From positions 1-42,692 of IMG/VR virus record IMGVR_UViG_3300021082_000014: 42,692 nucleotides of DNA, one strand, 5' to 3'. This document shows positions 8,304-17,780 of the stretch, piece by piece (position 1 is the stretch's first letter; each line of letters begins with the position of its first letter). This stretch comes from a virus (lineage: Duplodnaviria; Caudoviricetes). The notes beneath the pieces were generated by a model. It had not been told where the DNA came from. It ran no database searches and was given only the letters and a program-made list of their open reading frames with translations. Made by a program: the position numbers and the translations under genes.

Positions 8304-9593
8304 TTAGACGGCTCTGGCGGCAACCATCATCCCCGCGCCGCCATCGGAGATGAACATGTACGACTGGCCGTGCAGCACCGAGATCGAGGTCGGGGTCGTG
8401 CCGTCAGGCATGCCGATGACCTGACCGCCCTGGGTCGCCAGGACGATGGTGGTGAAGGACCAGTTCTTGACGACGACCCACTCGCCTGCGCGGCCGGCGC
8501 CGTCGGGCAAGTAGAACGTGCCGGCGATGCCGATGATGGCGAAGGTGGACCACGTCGGCACGCCTTGCCCCGCCACCGACGGGTTCCAGTAGCCCAGCTT
8601 GTGGTTGCCGGTGATCTTGCCTGCCACGGCGGCATTGCCTGCCAGCGCCAGGCTGCCGACCATGTCGATGCTGGCGATCTGGGCGAAGGCGGGCGCCACA
8701 CTCGCCCCCGCTGAGGGCGCGCCGTACAGGAGCAGCCCGCCACCGGTGAGTTGCAGGGTCACCGCGACCTCGGTCCCGATGCGCTTGAAGGCGTTTCCGT
8801 CCCACCAGGCGTTGTAGGACATCTGGGCCGCAAAGCCACCGGCGGAGCCGAGTTGCACCCCGCCGCTGAAGCTGATGATGTCGAAGCCTGGAATGGCCCC
8901 CTCGACGGTGTAGAGCGAGCCGCGCTGCGGGCTGCCGAGGGCCACCGACTGGTACAGCCAGGTCCCGCCCTCATTGATCAGGCCCCACTTGTTGGTGGCG
9001 CTGCTGCCCGGGGCGGCGATCTGCACCCCGATGTTCCAGACTGAGCCGTTGTTGATCGACTCGACCACCAGGCCGCGCGCGTTGTCGGGCATCTGGGTCC
9101 GCGCGCCAACCCCGCGCAGGCGAAACAGCGTGATGGTGCTGGGCTTGACGCTGGGCGGCCCGATGACCCCGAAGTCCATGCCGACGATGTCGCCCGTGGC
9201 CGCATCGTTCCCCCAGTACTCGGCGTACATCAGGGTCTGGTTTGAACCAGGCATAAGCGTGGTGCTGGGGGTGTTGATGCCCAGGCCGATCCAGGCCAGG
9301 CGGTCGACCCCGCCCGTGCCGCCAATGTTGATGCGCCCACCCAGGGCAGTCATGCCCTGGTTGATCAGGCTGGGCGTATCGGCACCCTCGTCCTGCAGAG
9401 TGGTGACGCCGGTGACAGTCAGGCTGCCGCTGATGGTGCCGCCGCTCAGCGGCAGGTACGCCCCGCCGGCGCTGATGGTGCCCCAGGCGTAGGCGTAGTC
9501 CGCGCCGCTCAGCTTAACCAGTGCCTGGCCGCTTGCCCCGCCCGCCGGGATGGGGTGCAGCAGCATCCGGTCAGGGACCTGCAGGCGGCTCAT
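8304..9593 (-). CDS. Tail fibre-like protein
   Basis: PAGGASGQALVKLSGADYAYAW and YLPLSGGTISGSLTV are common fibre motifs; Gly-rich. Confidence 0.75.
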   Translation of the reverse strand: MSRLQVPDRMLLHPIPAGGASGQALVKLSGADYAYAWGTISAGGAYLPLSGGTISGSLTVTGVTTLQDEGADTPSLINQGMTALGGRINIGGTGGVDRLAWIGLGINTPSTTLMPGSNQTLMYAEYWGNDAATGDIVGMDFGVIGPPSVKPSTITLFRLRGVGARTQMPDNARGLVVESINNGSVWNIGVQIAAPGSSATNKWGLINEGGTWLYQSVALGSPQRGSLYTVEGAIPGFDIISFSGGVQLGSAGGFAAQMSYNAWWDGNAFKRIGTEVAVTLQLTGGGLLLYGAPSAGASVAPAFAQIASIDMVGSLALAGNAAVAGKITGNHKLGYWNPSVAGQGVPTWSTFAIIGIAGTFYLPDGAGRAGEWVVVKNWSFTTIVLATQGGQVIGMPDGTTPTSISVLHGQSYMFISDGGAGMMVAARAV

Positions 9594-11632
9594 GTGTGGA
9601 ACTGGCCCGCGCTGTAGGTCACGTGTGGATCACCCGTTTCGGTCACGAATTGGTCACCTTCCCAGCGCAGCACGAGACTACCACTGGGCGCGAACAGCCC
9701 CTCGGGCGGGTCGTCCCAGTAGACAAGACCAGCCGCCACGACACTCAGGCTGGCGCTGGTGATGGCCCGGCCGGCACTGCTCGCACCCTGCAGCAGGCGC
9801 CGCCGCGCGGGCTGGCCCGTCGTCGTGGCCCGCCCGTCCGCGCGGCCGGTGAGGTTCTTGTAACCCTGGCGGTTGATAACGCCGCTGGTGGTCGCCAGGC
9901 CCGCGGACAGCCCGCTCAGGCGCCGCTGGCGGCTCAGGGTGGCCGATGTGACAGCCCGCCCGCCCGACGTCCCAGTGAGGTTCTGGGGCACGCCCAGGCT
10001 ATGTGCCTGAAAGTCCTGCCAGCCGTAGGTGGCAGCCTTGGCGGCATCAACCGTGTTGTCGTTCCACCAGTTGTGGCCGATGCCGGGGGTGCCGCCCGTC
10101 CAGGGCGCCCCGGCCCCGCCGTCGTCGACGCCGGTGGCGATCAGGACCCCGTTCTTGTAGGCCCGGATCGTATTGCCAATGATCGTCGCCTCGATCACGT
10201 CGCCGTTCACCACGTTGGGGCAGGGGACGTTGGCCAGGCCGTAGAAGTCACTGAAGTCGCCTGGGTCGGCTCGCGCCCCGCGCCAGCGGTTGATGGCGCA
10301 GTAGTCGTGGCCGCCACCCGTGGCGCCATCGGTGCTGAAGAAGACCTCGTAGCCGCGCGCGTAGTTGGCGTTGATCTCCCAGCGCAGGAGAAGCTCGACC
10401 TCGGGCCAGCCGCCGGTCGGCGCGCCGCTGGTGTAGACCGTGCCCCGCGCGTACTGGTTGTCCGCAAACGTGCCGACCAGGCAGGCGATGGAGTCGTCGA
10501 ACAACGGTGGGCCACTCGACGGCCCACCGTCCTGGGTGCCGACGGCGTTGCCGCCGGTCGTGCGGTAGTCCTTCCACAGCAGGCCGTGGGTCAGGCCGGT
10601 GCGCCAGATGCCGCCCTCGCTGAGCGGGTTCTCGGTCGTCGAGAAGGCCGTTGAGTAGGTGTGGACCGGGTAGGCGCCCTGCTTGCTGAGGGTGGCCGCC
10701 GTGGTCGCGCGCCCATCTGCGGTGCCAGTCAGCGCGCGGCGGCGGGTCGGGGTGCCCGTCGTGGTCGCCAGGCCGACGCTGGTGCCGGTCAGGTTCTTCA
10801 GGCCGACCTTGGCCAGGGTCGCCGTGGCGATGGCGCGGCCCGCACTCGACCCCGTCAGGCGCCGCTGGCGGGTGATCGCGCTGGCCGTGTTGGCCGCGCG
10901 ACCAGCGCTGGTGCCGGTCAGGTTCTTGTAGACCGGCCCGCCCGCCGTGGCCTTGAGGACGACGATGACGGCCGACGTTTCCCAGGGCGAGTAGCTGGGG
11001 GCGCTGGTGTTCCATGTGCACTCTTGCGTCCCCGTGGCAGCCAGCACTTTGAAGCTCAGCGCACACGGGTGCATGCTGCTGATCTCGTACTCGTAGTCGA
11101 TGTTCGCCCAGCCCGCCGCGGTGGTCACCGGGATCGGGTCGGGCGAGCCCGCGCCGCCGCCGACGTAGTCGTAGCCGAGAGCGGCCAGGGCGATGGCGTT
11201 GGCCTGGCTCGTCGCCGTCGTCACGCCCGAGGACGGGCTGAAGGTGAAGCCGGTGAACGATGCATCGCGGTCCTTGGGGCTGGTCGTAACGACCCCGCTC
11301 AACTCCGCGATGACCAGCGAGTTGTACGTCTCGCCCGTGTTGGTCTGGGTGAAAGTGACCAGGCACAGGCCGCCGTTCGAGGCGACGTTGAACGCCGCGA
11401 ACAGGGTCGTGACGACCTGATCGTTCTTGATGTGCTTCTGGACGGTATAGGTGTTGCCCTGGTTGTCGCTGACGGTGCCGCCCGCGTTGTCGGTGCTGTT
11501 GAACAGCGCCGACGACGAGGCCACGACCACACAGTTGCCCGGGGTGACCGGGCTGGGCAGCGAGATCCCATAGGACCCGCCGCCCGTGAAGTGGCCGTTT
11601 TCTTTGGCCGACTGGACAACCGCCGCGGCCAA
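9590..11632 (-). CDS. Virion structural or receptor-binding protein: two beta-sandwich-like domains and two blocks of ~21-aa repeats
   Basis: Thr/Gly-rich; L(T/S)GxSxGxAxxT-like repeat in two blocks of four. Confidence 0.7.
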   Translation of the reverse strand: MAAAVVQSAKENGHFTGGGSYGISLPSPVTPGNCVVVASSSALFNSTDNAGGTVSDNQGNTYTVQKHIKNDQVVTTLFAAFNVASNGGLCLVTFTQTNTGETYNSLVIAELSGVVTTSPKDRDASFTGFTFSPSSGVTTATSQANAIALAALGYDYVGGGAGSPDPIPVTTAAGWANIDYEYEISSMHPCALSFKVLAATGTQECTWNTSAPSYSPWETSAVIVVLKATAGGPVYKNLTGTSAGRAANTASAITRQRRLTGSSAGRAIATATLAKVGLKNLTGTSVGLATTTGTPTRRRALTGTADGRATTAATLSKQGAYPVHTYSTAFSTTENPLSEGGIWRTGLTHGLLWKDYRTTGGNAVGTQDGGPSSGPPLFDDSIACLVGTFADNQYARGTVYTSGAPTGGWPEVELLLRWEINANYARGYEVFFSTDGATGGGHDYCAINRWRGARADPGDFSDFYGLANVPCPNVVNGDVIEATIIGNTIRAYKNGVLIATGVDDGGAGAPWTGGTPGIGHNWWNDNTVDAAKAATYGWQDFQAHSLGVPQNLTGTSGGRAVTSATLSRQRRLSGLSAGLATTSGVINRQGYKNLTGRADGRATTTGQPARRRLLQGASSAGRAITSASLSVVAAGLVYWDDPPEGLFAPSGSLVLRWEGDQFVTETGDPHVTYSAGQFHT

Positions 11633-11636
11633 GTGG

Positions 11637-12047
11637 TCAGTCCTCGGTGATCACGATGGCGCCCGGCGCCCAGCGCGGGATGTCCCCGACGGCCATGGTG
11701 GTACTCGGGCAGTCGCCCCAGTACAGCGCCGTGCCGCCCGTCGCCGCCTCGAAGATGCCCCAGCCGACCACCGGGCCCGCATAGGCCGCGCCCACGGCGG
11801 TGTACAGCAACTCGTTGGCGTTGGTGACCTGGCCGCTGGTCAGCGTCCAGTCCGCCGGTGCGGTCTGCTTGCGGCCGTAGCCGGTGCCGCCCGTCGTCAG
11901 GACCTCGACGCCCGCGCTGGAGTCGCTGGGCACGGTCGTGAACAGGGCCACGTAGACGTTGGCCAGGGCGGCCAGGGTGGTGCCCGTGTTCTTGAAGATC
12001 AGGTTCAGGAGCCGCGTCTCAAAGGTGTCGGTCTTGCTGCCAGCCAT
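11637..12047 (-). CDS. Small tail-fibre-associated structural protein
   Basis: FETRLLNLIF...YVALFTTVPSD...EV...GYGRK...GIFEAATGGTALYWG pattern; SD GGAGG. Confidence 0.75.
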   Translation of the reverse strand: MAGSKTDTFETRLLNLIFKNTGTTLAALANVYVALFTTVPSDSSAGVEVLTTGGTGYGRKQTAPADWTLTSGQVTNANELLYTAVGAAYAGPVVGWGIFEAATGGTALYWGDCPSTTMAVGDIPRWAPGAIVITED

Positions 12048-12055
12048 GTGGCCTC

Positions 12056-12808
12056 CTAGGGCGTGGGTGAGGGTGGTCCGCTGGGGTCGATGATGGCCAT
12101 CACGTGCTGCAGGTAGGCCCGCAGTTCGTAGTCGACGGCGGCCGTGTCGATGTCGTCGCGCAGCACGGCCACCGGCGGGGGTGGGCCCGTCGGGTCGAGG
12201 AAGGACATCAGGTGGGCCACGTAGGCCCGCGCGTCGCTGTCGACGCTGGCCCCGACGGCCCCCGACAGGTAGCCGACGATGACCCGCTCGCTGCCCGTGA
12301 AGGCGTCGCTGAAGGTCAGCACGTCATCCGCTGCGCTGTAGTTGCCGCCAAGCTCCGACTGCACCACGCCGTCCCGCGCGACCACGATGATGGCGTCGGG
12401 CACGACCGCCAGGGTGATCGTGGTGGCGCTCGCCGCGGGGACAAACTCCTCCTGATAGCCCTGGCTGCCGCTGGCGCCCGGCACACCCATCGGCCCCATC
12501 GGGCCGGTCGCCCCCGCAGGCCCAGGGAGGCCCGTCGGCCCCGCGGGACCCGTTGTGCCAGGCGGGCCCGCGGGGCCAGGGACGATGCTGTCGGCCCCGG
12601 GTGGGCCAGCCGGCCCAGGTGGACCGGCTGCCCCAGGGGGGCCCGCGGCGCCAGGCGGACCTGGCGGCCCAGGCGGGCCCGACCAGGCGGGCGGCACCCC
12701 CGGGTTGAGCGGGGGCGCCGTGCCTGGCGGGTACGGCTGCAGGGGCGGGGCCGGGACTCGCCCGGGTGGCAGCAGGGGCGGCGCTGGCACCGGGGCGACC
12801 GGCTGCAT
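12056..12808 (-). CDS. Collagen-like virion protein
   Basis: Run of G-x-y triplets ([15 protein letters not shown]...) with one short interruption; Pro-rich N-terminus. Confidence 0.85.
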   Translation of the reverse strand: MQPVAPVPAPPLLPPGRVPAPPLQPYPPGTAPPLNPGVPPAWSGPPGPPGPPGAAGPPGAAGPPGPAGPPGADSIVPGPAGPPGTTGPAGPTGLPGPAGATGPMGPMGVPGASGSQGYQEEFVPAASATTITLAVVPDAIIVVARDGVVQSELGGNYSAADDVLTFSDAFTGSERVIVGYLSGAVGASVDSDARAYVAHLMSFLDPTGPPPPVAVLRDDIDTAAVDYELRAYLQHVMAIIDPSGPPSPTP

Positions 12809-13242
12809 CAGACGTCCGTGACGCTGGCGCCTGGCCGCTTGATGATGACTGTCGCGCGGACCCCCGTCTGGATCGCGCGGTTGTCGCGGGCGTGCACCAT
12901 CGCCTCGACGTCCTTGTAGGCGCGCAGGTAGTCGGCCTCGCGGGTCAGTCCCAGGACACGCATCGCCTCGGGCTTGTCCATCGCCAGCCAGCGCGCCGCG
13001 TCGACCGCATCCGGTGTCCCAGCGTCATCTGGCGGACGATCCAGGCAACCGTCCCGCTGGACCTGCACTTCCTTCACGCGGCCGTCGAGCAGCTTGCACA
13101 ACAACTGCACTTCGCCCCAGTCCTGGCAAAAGCGGCGCTGGTCTTCCCAGCACACGCGGAACCAGCCTGGACCGAAGGCGCAGTCGTGGGCGTGCAGCGG
13201 CGTGACGGTCAGCGTCGGGATGCGGCCCAGCGGGTCGTCCAT
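12808..13242 (-). CDS. Hypothetical protein (144 aa, MDDPLGRIP...)
   Basis: TGATG coupling at both ends. Confidence 0.7.
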   Translation of the reverse strand: MDDPLGRIPTLTVTPLHAHDCAFGPGWFRVCWEDQRRFCQDWGEVQLLCKLLDGRVKEVQVQRDGCLDRPPDDAGTPDAVDAARWLAMDKPEAMRVLGLTREADYLRAYKDVEAMVHARDNRAIQTGVRATVIIKRPGASVTDV

Positions 13243-13430
13243 CAGGACTCTAGAGTCGCCAGGGTGTAGGCGCGGACGGCCTGTCCGACGGTCACCCAGG
13301 CTGTCTTGAACTGGTCCGCGTTGTTGTCCCAGGACGGCAGACTCTCGCCGGAGACCAGGCTGACGCCACCCGTAGCCGTCAGATAGGCCTCGTAGGCCGT
13401 GCGGCCGAGGTCCTCGTCGACCTGGGTCAT
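13242..13430 (-). CDS. Hypothetical protein (62 aa; alternative GTG start at 13439)
   Basis: GRTAYEAY...LPSWD...AW pattern of small phage proteins; coupled to neighbours. Confidence 0.7.
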   Translation of the reverse strand: MTQVDEDLGRTAYEAYLTATGGVSLVSGESLPSWDNNADQFKTAWVTVGQAVRAYTLATLES

Positions 13431-13435
13431 CAGGC

Positions 13436-13843
13436 TCACGGCCGGGTCCCGTTCGGGGGCACGGCCTGGAAGGCGTTCGCCGGCCAGGGGCCGGGTTTGG
13501 CCAGGCCCTCGTTGCCCCGCCAATCAACCGCGGTGTGGGTCCACAGGCCCATCGCCGCGCCCTGCTGGCTGCTGATCCAACTGGCGTCGTAGGGCGCGGT
13601 GGCCTGGATGTCGGGCGGGAAAACGCCCCAGCCGTCGACGGCGTTCTCCAGAAACTCGCCGGTAATCGACCAACCCAGGCGGGCCTTGCGGACAGCCTGA
13701 CTGCTGTGGATGCGCACCCGCCGCGTGGTCGTGCCCGGCGGCTTCATCTGGAACCACAGGTTCCCGGGCGGGTCGGCGTAGCGGGTCGTGACGCGGTCGT
13801 TGACGTAGCCGGTCTCGGTGCCAGGCGCGGTGTAGGCGGCCAC
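13436..13843 (-). CDS. Hypothetical protein, probably virion (135 aa)
   Basis: Fills the operon downstream of the capsid gene. Confidence 0.7.
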   Translation of the reverse strand: MAAYTAPGTETGYVNDRVTTRYADPPGNLWFQMKPPGTTTRRVRIHSSQAVRKARLGWSITGEFLENAVDGWGVFPPDIQATAPYDASWISSQQGAAMGLWTHTAVDWRGNEGLAKPGPWPANAFQAVPPNGTRP

Positions 13844-13845
13844 CG

Positions 13846-14250
13846 TCAGTGGGCCTTTGGCTCGCCCTGTTCGGGGTACTGCAGCGGCTCCAGGCTGGGG
13901 GCGGGGTTGTCCGCGGTCGGCAGATACTTGGGCGCGTCGCTGTGGTCCTTGGCCTTGGGCTCGACCCTGTTCTCGGGGTCCTGCTTGCCCTTCTCCTCGA
14001 CCCAGGCGACCCAGTCCTCGATGACCTCGTCACCGCTGACCTTGTAGCCCTTACGCTCGTAGTACTCGCGGCTGCTGTCGGGGGCCACAAAAGTGGTCCC
14101 GTCGGGCTTGGTGTAGGTGTGGTACAGGTTCGGGTCGACCTGCGCGTCGGGCCCGCTCTGGGCGCCCTTGAGGGTGTTGGCCTGGTAGACCGGGCCCTCC
14201 TGGGTGTCCAGCACGTCGTTCCGATGGTCGACCGTCTTCTTCTCAGCCAT
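13846..14250 (-). CDS. Hypothetical protein (134 aa)
   Basis: Coupled ORF with normal codon bias. Confidence 0.75.
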   Translation of the reverse strand: MAEKKTVDHRNDVLDTQEGPVYQANTLKGAQSGPDAQVDPNLYHTYTKPDGTTFVAPDSSREYYERKGYKVSGDEVIEDWVAWVEEKGKQDPENRVEPKAKDHSDAPKYLPTADNPAPSLEPLQYPEQGEPKAH

Positions 14251-14851
14251 GGGGAATCCTCTGCCGCACCTGGCGTGCCTGACCCTCGGCCTTGGCGGCC
14301 TGGTCGATGGGGTCGTAGCCGTGCTGGCTGTTCAGCTTGGCCTGGAGGCCCTCCAGGCTGGCCTGGTCGGCCGTCTCGACCCCGATCAGCAGGCGGTCTT
14401 CCGCGGGCTTGCTCTCGGGCACCAGCACCGGCTCGTAGGACCACGACGGCATGCCCGTCTTCTCCGAGACCTGGCGCAGGATGTCCTCGCACTGCTCCGC
14501 CGACCACTGCTCGAAGGGGTAGTCGGTGTTGACCGCGGGGTTGCGCTGACCGATAGCGCGGATGCGGTTGATGGCCTCCGCCTTGCGCCGCTGGGCGACC
14601 ACAATTTGCGGGTGGTACTCCCGCTCATAGCGCTGCCGCTCCGACAGGCCGCCGTCGGCTGGACGCGCCTCGCTGAGTTCAACGAAACCCTTGTCGCGGT
14701 AGTAGGCACGGTTCTGGGGGTCGCCCTGGAGGGCCACCACCATGCCGTCCGGGCGCATGAACAGGCGCAGCGGGTAGTTGTAGTTCAGCCCGCGCTGGGG
14801 CTGAACACCGGCGACCGTGCGCGCCTTCAACTCCTCGATCAGATCGGTCAT
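14243..14851 (-). CDS. Hypothetical protein downstream of the major capsid gene (202 aa)
   Basis: Contiguous ORF following the capsid gene. Confidence 0.75.
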   Translation of the reverse strand: MTDLIEELKARTVAGVQPQRGLNYNYPLRLFMRPDGMVVALQGDPQNRAYYRDKGFVELSEARPADGGLSERQRYEREYHPQIVVAQRRKAEAINRIRAIGQRNPAVNTDYPFEQWSAEQCEDILRQVSEKTGMPSWSYEPVLVPESKPAEDRLLIGVETADQASLEGLQAKLNSQHGYDPIDQAAKAEGQARQVRQRIPHG

Positions 14852-14860
14852 GCGAAGACT

Positions 14861-15715
14861 CTACGCTGCCCCGAGGACCAGCACACCGAACAGGTCGCGC
14901 ATCTCCTGATGGCCGTAGATGACCTCTGACGCGAGCTTCCAGGCGAAGAAATCGATGTCATAGAACAGGTGCATCTTGGGCGACCGCTGCACGATCAGGG
15001 CGATGGCGTCGCGGTGGAAGATGGCGTTGTTGGCCTGACCTGCAGCCGGCTTCACGAGGTTGGTCGTGACGGCCAGCGTGAGGCCGTACATGTCGCCCAG
15101 GCGGCCGTTCTTCACCGGCATATTGCTGTTGCCGATGTAGAGCGCGTTCGACCAGCGATCCAGCGCCAGCTTGGCCACCTTCTCGGCCGGGCTCATGACG
15201 AAGAAGCGGTCATCCTGCGGCACGTCGGCGTCGTCGAGGAGCTTGATCGCGGCCAACACGTTGGCGTCACTCGCGGCGGTGCCGAGGGTGCCCACGGTCT
15301 GGCTGAAGCCGCCCAGGTCGGCCGCCAGCTTGGTGTCGATGTCGCGCGCCAGGGCGTACCCCAGCTTGCGCTGGTACTCGCTCTGGACGTTCACGGCGGC
15401 CTGCACCTTGACAATGTCTTCGATGCCAAACGCGGCGTAGCTCCAGATGTTGAGCGTGATGGTGGTCGCGGTCTCGGCCACGGTCTCGTACAGGATGGCC
15501 GTGTTCTCGGTCTTGGGCCGCGCGGCGAGGTTGCCAATGCTGGCCACCTTGACGGTCTTGCCCACCGAGGCGTCGTCTTCAAAGCCGCGATTGACCATCG
15601 TGGCGAGCACCAAATTGCTCTCGGTCGCGCGGAGGACCTGTTTCGACCAGATATCTGGCGAGAAAATGCCGTCGGCAATCGTTTTGTCGACGAACTCAGC
15701 AGCCCCAGTGGCCAT
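14861..15715 (-). CDS. Major capsid protein (HK97 fold, P22-coat-like)
   Basis: FSPDIWS..VL; GKTVKV; LGYALARDID; LDDADVPQDDRFFVMSP; HRDAIAL; VIYG; SD GAGGTG; follows the scaffold. Confidence 0.9.
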   Translation of the reverse strand: MATGAAEFVDKTIADGIFSPDIWSKQVLRATESNLVLATMVNRGFEDDASVGKTVKVASIGNLAARPKTENTAILYETVAETATTITLNIWSYAAFGIEDIVKVQAAVNVQSEYQRKLGYALARDIDTKLAADLGGFSQTVGTLGTAASDANVLAAIKLLDDADVPQDDRFFVMSPAEKVAKLALDRWSNALYIGNSNMPVKNGRLGDMYGLTLAVTTNLVKPAAGQANNAIFHRDAIALIVQRSPKMHLFYDIDFFAWKLASEVIYGHQEMRDLFGVLVLGAA

Positions 15716-15737
15716 GCGTATTCACCTCAGAGTGAGA

Positions 15738-16661
15738 TCAGCGTCTGTTGATGGGTATCCCGCGGGTCAGACGCACCCGAGTGCCCGGTCGCGGTTGGCC
15801 GTTCGCGTCAAAGTAGGTCTCGTACTCGGTCAGGGACATGCGGTCGATCTGCTCATCCGTGATCTCGCGGACACTTGCAGCGGGGCCGCCATCCAATTCG
15901 GGTACTTGCTCCTGGCCAACGGTCTCCGAGAGCAAAGCCTTGCGTAAGGCTGGTTCGCGCTTCTTCAGTTCGGCCTCGACACTCTGGTTCAGTCTGTGGC
16001 TGGCCAGGGCCTGGACGGCCGCGTTCATGTACTCCTGTACGCCCTCGGCGTAGGTCTTACCGACGCCCCACTGCTTGCCCCCGATCTCGGCCTGCACCTC
16101 GGGCGGCAGGCTCTGTTGGAAGGCCACCACGCCCTCCATGAACGGGGTCGCGGACTGGGCCGCCTGGCGCTCCTGTTCGGCCTGGATGATCTCCGGGGCC
16201 GCCAGTTCGCCAAGCTGGTAGTAGTCGCCGCGCGCCAGGGCCTCGCGGCGGGCCTGTTCGGCCTGGTCCTTGGCCTGCTGCTCCAGCAGGGCCCGCGCGC
16301 GGCGCTGGGCCAGGTCGCCCAGCATGCCGGCCAGGGTCGGGTCCTTGGTGACCTCGTCCCGCGGCAGATGCTTGGTGAGCAGCGCGAGGGCCTCTTTCGG
16401 GTCCTCGGCGTCCCGCGCCTGCCGCCACCAGTCCACATCGGGGGCTGGCGCGGTTGGTGCATCTGGGGCGGGCTCAGGGGTTGGAGCCTCCGGCGCCGAT
16501 GACGCCGCCGACAGGAACCGCCCTCGCTCGTCCCGGCCACCCGGCGTCGTCTGGGGAGGCGACGTCTCGGTGGTCGTCGGGGAGGGTGGTGCGGCTGCCG
16601 TCTCGGTGGGCGGCGCGTCGTCGATGAGGTCCGGATGCTGACCCCGAGTTGATTCGGCCAT
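15738..16661 (-). CDS. Putative capsid scaffolding protein
   Basis: Pro/Thr-rich N-terminus with RDERGRF; helical body; C-terminal IDRMSLTEYETY; immediately upstream of the capsid gene. Confidence 0.7.
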   Translation of the reverse strand: MAESTRGQHPDLIDDAPPTETAAAPPSPTTTETSPPQTTPGGRDERGRFLSAASSAPEAPTPEPAPDAPTAPAPDVDWWRQARDAEDPKEALALLTKHLPRDEVTKDPTLAGMLGDLAQRRARALLEQQAKDQAEQARREALARGDYYQLGELAAPEIIQAEQERQAAQSATPFMEGVVAFQQSLPPEVQAEIGGKQWGVGKTYAEGVQEYMNAAVQALASHRLNQSVEAELKKREPALRKALLSETVGQEQVPELDGGPAASVREITDEQIDRMSLTEYETYFDANGQPRPGTRVRLTRGIPINRR

Positions 16662-17780
16662 TTAGCGCTTGACCTGCCCGAATGTAGCGGGTGACTGAAA
16701 CGACGGCAAGGTGTTGCGGATCTGCGACAGGGCATCGTTGGGGTCGATGCCGTACTTCTCCTGAATGCCCTGCAGGACCATCTGCTGGGTCGACTGGGGG
16801 CTCCTGAAGAAGTCCACCGAGTTGACCTTGTTGGGCGTCGGGATGGCGCCCAGGACGTCCTTCATGTTGGCGCTGTTGGCGTTCGGGTCGCGGATGTCGT
16901 CGATCATCTGCTGCAGGTAGCCCAGGCCGCCGCTTGCGCCGGTGCTGTTCTGGGTGCTCTGGGCCTGGTTGCCGACGGCGCCGAAGCCAGACACTGACTG
17001 ACCGCCCAGCAGCCGGCCCATCTGCCCCAGGGCCTGCTGCTGGCGGAACGGGTTGGCCTGTAGCTGGGCCGCTGTCTGGACCACGCTCAGGCCCTGGCCG
17101 AACTGCTGGGCCTGCGCCTGCTGGGTCTGGACCGGCGCGCCGTAGGTGCCCTGGGGGGCCGCCTGCTGCATGGCCAGGAACGTGTTGGGGTCACTGGCCG
17201 CCTGGAGCTTGGCCGTGTCGTCGGGCCCGCCCGCGGCCTTGTAGGCCTCCCAGTTGGGGAACATGACCAGCTTGCCGCCCTGCATCTGGCCGATCTGGGT
17301 GCCTGGCCCAACGGGCCCCGGGGCGCGGATGAACGTGCCGTCTGCGGGGCGGCTGAAGCTCTCCTGCGCCGCGGGCGTGTACGGCCGGTAGTAGCCCGTC
17401 AAGCCAGCTTCGCTGATGCCCAGGCCGACGTTGAACTGGCGGACCGACTCTTTGAACTTGTCCTGATCGAAGCCGAAGCTGACGTTGAACTGGCGGACGG
17501 CCTCGTCGAAGGCCTCCTTGTTGCCCGCGGCGATGGCCCCGATCAGGCTGTTGATCTGCTGACCCAGCTTCTGGGTATCGCCCTGATTGACCGTGCCCTG
17601 CGGGGTGCCCGGGGCCGCCGCCTGGCCCGTCGGGGTCGCCGCCCCGCCGCCGACGAGGACCGGCGTGCCGCCGGCGGCGTTGCCCTCGCCCTGGCTGGCG
17701 TTGATCGCGGCCGCCGTCGGATCGCTGGCGTTGACTCGCATCGAGCCACCGCCCTTGAGCGGAACGTCGTACTGAGGCAT
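16662..17780 (-). CDS. Putative internal virion (ejection) protein
   Basis: Gln/Gly/Ala-rich with no Cys; duplicated VRQFNV; coupled to the two larger upstream genes. Confidence 0.5.
   Translation of the reverse strand: MPQYDVPLKGGGSMRVNASDPTAAAINASQGEGNAAGGTPVLVGGGAATPTGQAAAPGTPQGTVNQGDTQKLGQQINSLIGAIAAGNKEAFDEAVRQFNVSFGFDQDKFKESVRQFNVGLGISEAGLTGYYRPYTPAAQESFSRPADGTFIRAPGPVGPGTQIGQMQGGKLVMFPNWEAYKAAGGPDDTAKLQAASDPNTFLAMQQAAPQGTYGAPVQTQQAQAQQFGQGLSVVQTAAQLQANPFRQQQALGQMGRLLGGQSVSGFGAVGNQAQSTQNSTGASGGLGYLQQMIDDIRDPNANSANMKDVLGAIPTPNKVNSVDFFRSPQSTQQMVLQGIQEKYGIDPNDALSQIRNTLPSFQSPATFGQVKR

Noticed and set aside
3698-11632. Diversity-generating retroelement or invertible tail-fibre cassette
   Set aside because: No reverse transcriptase, invertase or TR/VR pair seen; the repeats are explained by protein repeats.
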